64,000 bases of DNA from Eledone cirrhosa (lineage: Eukaryota): NCBI GenBank assembly GCA_964016885.1, contig OZ024743.1, positions 275,342,001 through 275,406,000 on the forward strand, read 5' to 3'. A model generated the notes under the pieces. That model made no database searches, was not told the DNA's origin, and saw only the letters and a program-made list of their open reading frames with translations. A program made the position numbers and the translations under genes. The stretch's first letter is position 1. Each line of letters opens with the position of its first letter. Positions 12,301 to 24,634 of this stretch are shown piece by piece.

Positions 12301-12828
12301 CAAAAGGCCTTAAAATTAACCTGGCTAAGACCAAAGTTCTAGTTTGTAGGAAAGAAAATAAGGCGGCGGTCCCTTCCGGGAAGTGGCCATGCTCAGTGTG
12401 TAGGAAAGGCGTAGGTAGAAACTCCATTTTGTGTCAGAAATGCAAAGTATGGGTGCATAAAAGATGTAGTGGGATCACAGATAAGCTAACTAAGAACATA
12501 GATTTCACATGTGGCCGGTGCTCTGGTGCAATAAGTAGCAGCAAGTGCACACAAAATACTAGCTCTTTCAACTGCGCAGAGGGCTCTATAGAAATAGTGG
12601 ACAGCTTCCGTTACCTGGGTGACAAAATCAGCAGTGGGGGAGGGTGCTCTGAAAGTACAGTAGCTAGAGTCAGAACTGGATGGAAAAAGTTCAGAGAGCT
12701 TATACCACTATTAACCGCTAAAGGGTTCTCCCTAAAAATGAAAGGCAGGTTGTATGATGCCTGCATACGAACAGCAATGTTGCATGGCAGTGAGACCTGG
12801 GCATTGTGTGCAGAGGATATACGCAGAC
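9328..12828 (+). mobile_element. RTE LINE subfamily A, copy 1 (5' UTR, APE, RT; frameshift near 12153; 3' truncated)
   Basis: ORFs 10196-12247 and 12252 onward are near-identical to the intact copy at 15486-18764; the copy breaks off at EDIRR. Confidence 0.93.
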
Positions 12829-13413
12829 CACCCATCTCTCCCTTTCCACCTTCACTCTCATCTCCTCCCCTTTTTTTCATCCTTTCCACCCCCACCCCTC
12901 CCTAAATATAATATATTTTTTCCTCGCACATATCCTCCCTTCGTTAATTTTCAAAATTTTTAATTTATACAGTATCTTCCAACGGTTTTCAACCCCTCTA
13001 TATAAAATATATCTCCTCTCTGTTATAAAAACTATCTCTTTCTCTCTATCACCCATCTCTCCCTCTCATCTCCTTCCCTTTTCATCCTTTTCTCTCCCCC
13101 CCTCTCTAAATAAAATATTTTTCCCAATATCACACATCAATCTAAAACCACTTTTCATATGTTGATTTAAAACTGCACTATCAACAAGTGTTTTTTTAGC
13201 CTTCATATCATGTTCTCCTGTTTTATCTGATGAAAACACAAATGTTATTGTTTGATGATGTTTGTTTTTGAAATGCGCATAATAAAATATATTGAACTCC
13301 TTTAACCATCTTTTGATCTTATATTATGCATACTCCAGTCCCACAAACTGTAGAGTGCTTCTTATCCGATATCTGCATTGCTTTATTGTACTACAATAAA
13401 ACTCACCTCCTAC
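12829..13413 (+). mobile_element. Penelope-like pLTR or non-autonomous fragment carrying a hammerhead
   Basis: Pyrimidine-rich tract, then a hammerhead, AATAAA and termination in (TA)n; it replaces the 3' end of RTE copy 1. Confidence 0.55.
13221..13287 (+). ncRNA. Minimal type I hammerhead ribozyme, intact core
   Basis: Stem I UUUUAU/AUAAAA; CUGAUGA; long stem II AAACACAAAUGUUAUU-guuu-GAUGAUGUUUGUUUUU; GAAA; stem III AU-GCGC-AU with palindromic loop; predicted cleavage AUA| after 13281. Confidence 0.8.
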
Positions 13414-14746
<1,333 letters not shown>

Positions 14747-14748
<2 letters not shown>

Positions 14749-17700
14749 CCTTCCAGCTTATCCTCCAATTCCCTAATTCTATCGTATTCTCAAACAAAAA
14801 AACAAAAAACAACAAAATCCTTTCCATTCTACTTCTTATAATTTACTTTAAATATATATATCATGCTACCTCGAAAGTCAAAAATCCCGCTCATACACCC
14901 CTCACCCACCATTTTCTTCACGAGGGGTTGCGGTCAGCCACTCTCTCTCTCTCTCTCTCCCCCTTCCCACTCTCTCTCTCTCTCTCTTAGCTACACACAC
15001 ACACACACATATATATATAAGATAAATTCCCGTTCATGTTTATTCACTTTCGCCAAACAATTGCTGCTTCAACTACCCCTACTACGGTGTAACCATGTAA
15101 TCGTAACGTTCACGTTTTTCCTATCTCCTCCACACACCACAATTTCGTACAAACATCCAATCCCGCAAAATCCGAAATCTGTATTTTTTGTTATTTATTA
15201 AGGTTTAAATACGGTGTTTTTGTCGTATTGAACAGAACAAATCTTGCAGTTTTGCTTTTTGTTACTCGCTGGTAAACATTCATAACCTTCCAGCTAGCTA
15301 CCCCACATCCCTCCCACCCGCCCCCACACACCACCATTCTTAATACGTGGACCAATCATAAGCCAGAGACCCCCCCCACACGCATCACCATTATTACTAT
15401 AAGCCAGAGACCCCCCCCCCCCCACACGCATCACCATTATTATTATTACGCGGACCAATCATAAGCCAGAGGCCTATACTATCGCTTGCACGGTTGCCTT
15501 CGATATATGATGGATGGATGGACGGACTGCGGAATCCTGGAGAGTGGAGGGGAGAGAAAAATCTGGACGCTCAGAGCGAAAATGCCAATGCTAAAGTCAA
15601 ATTCACCTCGTGGACGAGAATGCGAGCACTCTTCTTTGTTTCGCCCGCGGATGGCTAACATAACCCCATCTCCCCCCGCCCCACACCACCCCCACCCTCC
15701 AAACGCGATCCAAAACTTCAGAGTTGGTACCATAAATGTAGGCACCCTAAAGGGGCGCGCTAACGAGGTTGTAGAAATGCTTGAACGTAAGGAGGTCGAT
15801 GTTTGTTGTATTCAAGAGACCAGGTGGAGGGGTGGGTCTGCTAGATTCATTGAGGGTAAAAAACGATGTTATAAGCTTTTCTGGGTGGGAAACGACGATG
15901 GGCTGGGTGGAGTAGGAATCATGGTAGCAGAAAAGTGGGCGGATAAGATAATAGACGTAAATAGAGTGAACGACAGAATAATTAAAATACGACTTGTCCT
16001 CAATAGAACTACGGTGACAGTAATATCTGCGTATGCACCCCAATCCGGACTGCCCGGCACTATAAAAGACAGATTCTATGAGACACTGATGCTCACTACC
16101 TCCCAAATATCTGACAGTGACTATATAATTATTGCAGGCGACCTAAATGGTCACGTTGGGCAACATTGTGACGGCTACGACGAAATCCATGGAGGCTATG
16201 GGTTTGGTACTAGAAATGAGGAAGGCTCCAGAATCCTGGAATTCTGTGATGCAAATAACCTAACTATCTGTAACACTAACTTCAAAAAACGTGACAATCA
16301 CCTGATCACCTATAGATCCGGGGAACACACAAGCCAGGTAGATTATATCCTTACCAGAAGACGTGACAGAGTGTCTGTTGTAAACACTAAATCCCTCCCC
16401 CATGAAGAATGCACCTCCCAACATAGACTGATAATTAGCGACCTCATAGTCAGGTCGAGACGTACTCGACAGCAGAAGAGGACTATCCTCAGGAGAAAAA
16501 TATGGAAGCTAAAGGACCCCACAGCCAAAAATAAATTTCAAAACATATTACTTGATGCTTTCGACAGTAAGGAAGAACACTTAGAGTCGGACAATATAGA
16601 GGGACAGTGGGAATTTCTGAAAGCAAACCTGCTGTTGGCCACAGACGAAGTCTGTGGCTGGAGCAGGCCTGTAGGCAGGAGGAGAGTAACATGGTGGTGG
16701 AACAGTAAGGTGGAGGAGTCAATTAAGGCCAAAAAGCAGGCTTGGAAAGTATGGCGGGATGGGGGAAGTAGAGTAGACTATCAAGTGGCCAGGAGGGAAG
16801 CTAGGAGAGAAGTGTACTTAGCAAGAAGGGAAGCTGAGGAAAGAAAGTTCAAGCATGTCCTACAACGCGATGACCAAAAACGTGAGGTGTTCAGGATTGC
16901 TAGGCAATGCGTCAAGGAAAACCGTGATATTGTCGGGGAGAAGTGTGTACTTAACGATGATGGCATACTTGCCATCACCGACACTGATAAGAAGGCAGCT
17001 TGGAAGTGTCACTATGAAAGGCTACTAAATGAGGAGAATAAATGGGAGAAAGACAGTCTCCCCCATGTCGACCCAATAGAGGGACCAGCAGTGTTAGTCG
17101 AGGGGAGTATAATAAGTAAGGCAATCAAGGATATGAAGACAGGTAAGGCGGCTGGGCCTTCGGAAATAGTTGCTGAGATGCTGAAGGCATCTGGCACGGT
17201 GGGACACACCATGGTCACCCGCATAGTTAACCAAGTCGTACAGAATGGGGCTGTTCCGAAGGACTGGCATAGCAGCATCATCGTTAACTGTTATAAGGGT
17301 AAAGGAGACGCCCTAGATAGGAGTAACTATAGAGGCATTAAATTAATCGACCAGGTCATGAAGGTCACAGAAAAAGTAATAGCGCAACTAATCAGAGAGA
17401 GAATTGACCTAGATGAAATGCAGTTCGGGTTTGTGTCAGGCAAAAGTACCACAGACGCTCTTTTCATAGTACGACAACTACAGGAGAAGTACCTAGCTAA
17501 AGGTAAACCCCTCTACTTAGCTTTTGTCGACTTGGAGAAAGCCTTCGACAGAGTCCCCCGCTCCATTATCTGGTGGGCTCTTAGAAAACTAGGCGTTGAC
17601 GAATGGCTTGTGAGGGCTATACAAGCCATGTATAAAGAAACAGTCAGCAAGGTTAGAATTAACAACGAATATAGTGAAGAGTTTAGCGTAAAAGTTGGCG

Positions 17701-19122
17701 TCCATCAGGGCTCTGTTCTCAGCCCCCTACTATTTATTATTGCCCTTCAGGCTATAACAGAGGAGTTCAAGACAGGCTGCCCATGGGAACTCCTATACGC
17801 AGACGACCTGACACTCATAGCGGAATCAATGGCCGAGCTAGAGAAGAAATTCCAAACATGGAAGCACGGCCTAGAGTCAAAAGGACTTAAAATTAACCTG
17901 GCTAAGACCAAAGTTCTAGTTTGTAGGAAAGAAAACAAGGCGGCGGTCCCTTCTGGGAAATGGTCGTGCTCGGTGTGTAGGAAAGGCGTAGGTAGAAACT
18001 CCATTTTGTGTCCTAAATGCAAAGTATGGGTGCATAAAAGATGTAGTGGGATCACAGGTAAGCTAACTAAGAACATAGATTTTACATGTGGCCGGTGTTC
18101 TGGTGCAATAAGTAGCAGCAAGTGCCCACACAATACTAGCTCTTTCAATTGCGCAGAGGGTTCTATAGAAATAGTGGACAGCTTCCGTTACCTGGGCGAT
18201 AAAATCAGCAGTGGGGGAGGGTGCTCTGAAAGTACTGTAGCTAGAGTCAGAACTGGTTGGAAAAAGTTCAGAGAGCTTATACCACTATTAGCTGCTAAAG
18301 GGTTCTCCCTAAAAATGAAAGGCAGGTTGTACGATGCCTGCATACGAACAGCAATGTTGCATGGCAGTGAGACCTGGGCATTGTGTGCAGAGGATATACG
18401 CAGACTAGAGAGGAACGAAGCTTGCATGCTCCGCTGGATGTGTAACAGTAATATACGTGAACGGCAAAGCATAAACGAACTAAGGAAAAAATTAGAGATA
18501 AGAGGGATCAGATGTTGTTTACTCGAGAGAAGGCTACGTTGGTATGGACACGTGATGCGCATGAAAGTCGATAGCTGTATAACAAAGTGCAGGGCAATAA
18601 AGATAGACGGTAGCCACGGAATAGGCAGACCTAGAAAAACCTGGGACGAGCTGATAAACTCCGACCTCACACACTTACACCTCTCCAAGACAATGTCACT
18701 GGACCGAGACCTTTGGCGGTACTCAGTAACAGAGAAGACCCGCCTTGCCAGTAGGCATCTCTAACAAAATACACCCCGTCCCACCACCACCACCCCCACC
18801 CCATCCACACCACCCCGTCCTATGTAAAGTTATGTTGGTGCCGCGCCATCCGGGCCGAAACAAATGAGATCGTGTAGGTGTCACGACAAAAAAACACACA
18901 GTCCACGCTGTAATGTGGCCGTGTAGGCAACACGGTAAAAACCTCCCAGACCCACACTGTAAATGTGGTTGGTGTTAGGAAGGGCATCCAACTGTAGAAA
19001 ACCTGCCAGACAGTCCTATGCGAGCAAGACAATCACTCTTGCCTCAAGTGGGACTACCCCCGTCCAAACCCATGCAAGCGTGGAACACGGACGTTAAACG
19101 TTGATGATGATGATGATGATGA
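14747..19122 (+). mobile_element. Full-length RTE-clade LINE, subfamily A
   Basis: 5' UTR shared with copy 1, single intact ORF, 3' UTR ending GGACGTTAAACGT(TGA)n; flanked by (TA)n on both sides. Confidence 0.95.
15507..18764 (+). CDS. RTE polyprotein: AP endonuclease, reverse transcriptase and PHD-like finger
   Basis: Uninterrupted ORF; first in-frame ATG at 15507, true start uncertain. APE motifs GTINVGTL, IQETRW, AGDLNGH, SQH; RT motifs QFGF, AFVDLEKAFDRV, GVHQGSVLSP, YADD, FRYLG; C-terminal RLRWYGHV, GRPRKTW. Confidence 0.93.
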   Translation: MMDGWTDCGILESGGERKIWTLRAKMPMLKSNSPRGRECEHSSLFRPRMANITPSPPAPHHPHPPNAIQNFRVGTINVGTLKGRANEVVEMLERKEVDVCCIQETRWRGGSARFIEGKKRCYKLFWVGNDDGLGGVGIMVAEKWADKIIDVNRVNDRIIKIRLVLNRTTVTVISAYAPQSGLPGTIKDRFYETLMLTTSQISDSDYIIIAGDLNGHVGQHCDGYDEIHGGYGFGTRNEEGSRILEFCDANNLTICNTNFKKRDNHLITYRSGEHTSQVDYILTRRRDRVSVVNTKSLPHEECTSQHRLIISDLIVRSRRTRQQKRTILRRKIWKLKDPTAKNKFQNILLDAFDSKEEHLESDNIEGQWEFLKANLLLATDEVCGWSRPVGRRRVTWWWNSKVEESIKAKKQAWKVWRDGGSRVDYQVARREARREVYLARREAEERKFKHVLQRDDQKREVFRIARQCVKENRDIVGEKCVLNDDGILAITDTDKKAAWKCHYERLLNEENKWEKDSLPHVDPIEGPAVLVEGSIISKAIKDMKTGKAAGPSEIVAEMLKASGTVGHTMVTRIVNQVVQNGAVPKDWHSSIIVNCYKGKGDALDRSNYRGIKLIDQVMKVTEKVIAQLIRERIDLDEMQFGFVSGKSTTDALFIVRQLQEKYLAKGKPLYLAFVDLEKAFDRVPRSIIWWALRKLGVDEWLVRAIQAMYKETVSKVRINNEYSEEFSVKVGVHQGSVLSPLLFIIALQAITEEFKTGCPWELLYADDLTLIAESMAELEKKFQTWKHGLESKGLKINLAKTKVLVCRKENKAAVPSGKWSCSVCRKGVGRNSILCPKCKVWVHKRCSGITGKLTKNIDFTCGRCSGAISSSKCPHNTSSFNCAEGSIEIVDSFRYLGDKISSGGGCSESTVARVRTGWKKFRELIPLLAAKGFSLKMKGRLYDACIRTAMLHGSETWALCAEDIRRLERNEACMLRWMCNSNIRERQSINELRKKLEIRGIRCCLLERRLRWYGHVMRMKVDSCITKCRAIKIDGSHGIGRPRKTWDELINSDLTHLHLSKTMSLDRDLWRYSVTEKTRLASRHL

Positions 19123-19305
19123 TATATATGAATATATATATATATATGAATATATATATATATATATGAATATATATATATATATATATGAATATATATA
19201 TATATATGAATATATATATATATATATGAATATATATATATATATATATATATGAATATATACAATATTAAATAAATGGAAAACTATATTTATAAAACCA
19301 TATTT

Positions 19306-19369
19306 ATTTCATTATATATATTTCGGGGATATCATATTAACAATATGCTATGCCTTCATCAGACAAAAT
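19306..19369 (-). ncRNA. Minimal type I hammerhead ribozyme in a short Penelope-like island (19262-19545)
   Basis: Stem I AUUUUGU/AUGAAAU; CUGAUGA; stem II AGGCAUAGCAUAUU-guu-AAUAUGAUAUCCCC (with mismatches); GAAA; stem III AU-AUAU-AU; predicted cleavage AUA| at 19313. Confidence 0.72.
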
Positions 19370-19545
19370 ACAATATAAACAGTTTTATAGATAAATATAT
19401 TCGACATACCGTAAATAATGGTTTTATAAATATAGTTTTCCATTTATTTAATATTGTAAATATACTCCAAGTATTTGTCGAGTGCTTTTATATCAGTTAT
19501 AAATATTTACTAGTTGTAACCCAACAATTTTAAATATAACTTTAC

Positions 19546-20559
<1,014 letters not shown>

Positions 20560-20560
<1 letters not shown>

Positions 20561-22810
20561 AGTATACTTAGCTAGGAGGGAAGCAGAGGATAGAAAATTC
20601 AAGCATGTTTTACAACGTGAGGACCAGAAACAGGAGGTATTCAAGATTGCGAGGCAGTGTGTCAGAGATAGTTGTGATGTCATTGGAGAGAAGTGTATCC
20701 GGAATGATAAAGGTGAGCTTGCCCTCACAAGTGCTGAGAAGAAAGATGCATGGAAGAGTCATTATGATAGATTACTAAATGAGGAGAATGCATGGGAAGA
20801 AGAGACCCTACCCCACGTAGACCCTATAGAGAGACCAGCAGTACAAGTCAGCGGCAGCGTAGTAAGTAAGGCAATCAGAGATATGAAGATAGGGAAGGCA
20901 ACCGGTCCATCGGGTATAGCTGCCGAGATGCTGAAGGCATCTGGGTCTGTAGGTCACACTATAACCACACGTATCGTTAACCAGGTAATACTAGAGGGGG
21001 CCATACCAAAAGATTGGTGCAGTAGCATCATTGTCAACTGCTACAAAGGTAAAGGCGATGCACTAGATAGAGGAAACTATAGAGGTATAAAGTTGATGGA
21101 CCAGGTCATGAAAGTAACAGAAAGAGTTATAGCACAGCTGATTAGGGACCGGGTGAATATAGACGAGATGCAATTTGGGTTTGTACCAGGGAAAGGCACC
21201 ACTGATGCGCTCTTCCTTGTGAGGCAATTACAGGAAAAGTACCTAGCTAAAAGTAAGCCACTCTACTTGGCATTTGTCGACCTTGAGAAAGCCTTTGACA
21301 GAGTTCCACGTGCAGTAATCTGGTGGGCTCTTAGAAAACTAGGAGTAGATGAATGGCTTGTGAAAGCGGTACAAGCCATGTATAGGGGAGCAGTCAGCAA
21401 AGTTAGGATTGGCAATGAGTATAGCGAGGAATTTAGCGTACAGGTTGGGGTCCACCAGGGCTCTGTTCTTAGCCCTCTCCTGTTCATCATAGTCCTGCAG
21501 GCAATAACGGAGGAGTTTAAGACCGGATGCCCATGGGAACTCCTGTATGCTGATGACCTCGCACTCATAGCTGAATCTATGGTAGAACTAGAGAATAAAT
21601 TCCAAACCTGGAAGCAGGGACTAGAGAGAAAGGGCCTCAAAGTCAACATGACAAAGACTAAGGTCCTTATAAGTAGACGAGAAAACAGAACCCAGATCCC
21701 CTCAGGGAAATGGCCTTGCTCAGTATGTAGGAAAGGTGTAGGTAGGAACTCCATTCTTTGCCCCAAATGCAAACAATGGGTACACAAGAGATGTAGCGGG
21801 ATCTCAGGAAGCTTAATTAAGAATGTAGGATTCACATGCAGCAGCTGTGCTGAAACAGCAAGCAAACAGCCACAGGAAACAAGTACCACCAATCTCTGGG
21901 AGGGCCCTGTAGAAACAGTAGACAGCTTCTGCTACCTAGGTGACCGAATTAGCAACGGAGGTGGGTGCTCAGAAAGTACAATAACTAGGGTAAGAACGGG
22001 ATGGAAGAAGTTTAGGGAACTACTACCACTGCTAGCTGCAAAAGGCTTCTCCCTCAGAATGAAAGGCAGACTGTATGATGCGTGTATCCGAACAGCGATG
22101 TTGCATGGTAGTGAGACCTGGGCGCTGAAGGTGGAAGACTTACGTAGATTAGAGAGAAACGAAGCCTGCATGCTCCGATGGATGTGTAACAGTAATATAC
22201 GTGAACGACAAAGCATAAATGAATTGAGAGAGAGACTGAGCATAAGAGGAATCAAATGCTGCGTGCAGGAGAGGCGGTTACGCTGGCATGGACATGTGAT
22301 GCGTATGAAGGATGACAGCTGCATAAAAAGGTGCAGAGCACTAGAAGTTGATGGAAGCCGCGGAGTGGGGAGACCCAAGATGACTTGGGATGAGGTGATA
22401 AAAGCCGACCTTACCCAACTACACCTCTCAAAGTCAATGACACACGACCGTGACCTCTGGCGTCACGCAGTAATACAGGGTACCCGACCTCCCATGGGTA
22501 CATGCTGAAGCATATAAACAATATGCCCCCCCCCCCACCGCAAGGTGGTCGTGGAGGTGCCACGGCAAAAAAGCACCCAGCCCACACTGTAAAGTGGACG
22601 TGTAGGCGCCACGAAAAAGCACCCAGCACTCACTGTAAATGAGGTTGGTGTTAGGAAGGGCATCCAGCTGTAGAAATCAAGCCAGATCAGTTCCTGTATG
22701 AGCAAGGCATGGTCAGCCGACCAGACACTGCCCACAACAGGACAACCCGTCTAACCCATGCTAGCGTGGAAGAACGGACGTAAAACGGTGATGATGATGA
22801 TGATGATGAT
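20560..22810 (+). mobile_element. 5'-truncated RTE LINE subfamily B (intact RT to C-terminus, ORF 20883-22508)
   Basis: RT motifs YADD and FCYLG, PHD-like finger, 3' UTR ending GGACGTAAAACGG(TGA)n. Confidence 0.92.
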
Positions 22811-22839
22811 ATATATATATATATGAATATATATATATA

Positions 22840-22870
<31 letters not shown>

Positions 22871-22873
<3 letters not shown>

Positions 22874-23044
22874 AAGTGGTCGTGGAGGTGCCACGGCAAA
22901 AAAGCACCCAGCACTCACTGTAAATGAGGTTGGTGTTAGGAAGGGCATCCAGCTGTAGAAATCAAGCCAGAATCAGTTCCCGTCCCACCCTTGCAAGCAG
23001 GGAAAAGTAGACGTAAAATGAAATGATGATGATGATGATGATGA
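22871..23044 (+). mobile_element. 3' half of a Ceph-domain SINE with RTE tail
   Basis: Nearly identical to 61963-62118; ends (TGA)n. Confidence 0.8.
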
Positions 23045-23095
23045 TATATATATATATATATATATATATGAATATATATATATATATATATATGA

Positions 23096-23146
<51 letters not shown>

Positions 23147-23369
23147 TATATATACATATATATATATATATGAATATATATATATATATGAATATATATA
23201 CATATATATATATATATGAATATATATATATATATGAATATATATATATATGTATGAATATATATATATATATGTATGAATATATATATATATATGTATG
23301 AATATATATATATATATATGAATATATATATATATATATATATGAATATATATATATATATATATGAAT

Positions 23370-23401
<32 letters not shown>

Positions 23402-23513
23402 GAATATATATATATATATGAATATATATATGACTATATATATATATATATAGTCATATAAATGGCGTAGGACAGAAGAAAGGAAAGGCACAGAAACAAA
23501 GAAAGGAATCCCC

Positions 23514-23558
23514 AGTCACTGAAGAGGTCACAGAGTGTGTGACGAAAGGACTATGACT
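23514..23558 (+). ncRNA. Minimal type I hammerhead ribozyme in a short island (23450-23721) within (TA)n
   Basis: Stem I AGUCA/UGACU; CUGAAGA(G); stem II GUCAC-agagugu-GUGAC; GAAA; G-ga-C; predicted cleavage CUA| after 23553. Confidence 0.7.
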
Positions 23559-23716
23559 ATATATAAACAACTATCTGGTTGTGGAACCAACCAACCAACC
23601 AGAAATTTATAAGTTTGTAGATTTGTAAATTTATAAATTTATAAATATATAATAAATTGAAGTGAAAGCAACTGGTGCGTGTGTTTCTTATTGGCAACAT
23701 GACCCTCCCAAAGTAT

Positions 23717-23833
<117 letters not shown>

Positions 23834-24634
23834 TATATATATATATTATTTTGAAGTATATTTTACATATATTACCGTTTTAAACATGTTTATTTTCACT
23901 GTGTGATACCTTCATAGGAGACAACACACACACGTGCTTTCTATCTTTCTTGACTACCATACAGAGCATACGTAATCTAATTTTAGTTTAACTTAAACAG
24001 ATCTTGTATTATTTTGATTTTTCTGAGTAACATAATTTAATTTAATATAATCTTGTTTAATTTGGTATAATCTTATTTGTTTTTGACTCGGTTTGTTGTT
24101 TCTTGTTTGATATGTTGATATTACAATAACTTCGTATATTTGTAAATAAACATTTAGATTCAACTTATATACAACTTACATCGTGTTTCTATATCTCTAT
24201 GATTCCGGTTTCTTCCATTCATTAATTTAATTTAAAATTTATTTTTATATTTATGAACTGCTATTGCTCACGCTGTCTCTATCTCTCTCCTTCCTTCCTC
24301 TCTCTCTCTCTCTCTCTCTCTAGATCAACGAGCTCTCTCTCTCCCTCTCTCTAGATCAACGAGCTCTCTCTCTCCCCTCTCTCTCTCTCTATCTCCTCTC
24401 TCTCCCTCTGACCTTCCCCCCCCCCCACTCTTCCCGCTATCTCTCTCGCTCCCCTCTTCTGTCTCTCTCCCCCTTTTCTTTTCTTTTCTTCTGTTTCTCT
24501 TTCTTTTTCTCGCTGGAGTTATATTTATCTCACTGGAGTTATATCTCTATCTCCCTCCCTCCCTCCCTCCCTCTGTCCCTCTCTAACCTCTACCCTACAC
24601 TTCCACTGTCTCTCTTTCTCCCCTCCACAGCGAA

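Noticed and set aside
15595-15670. HDV-like ribozyme in RTE-A (ACCTCGTGG ... GGCTAAC)
   Set aside because: L3-like and J4/2-like words are present, but I could not build P1, P1.1 (GG) or P2 pairings.
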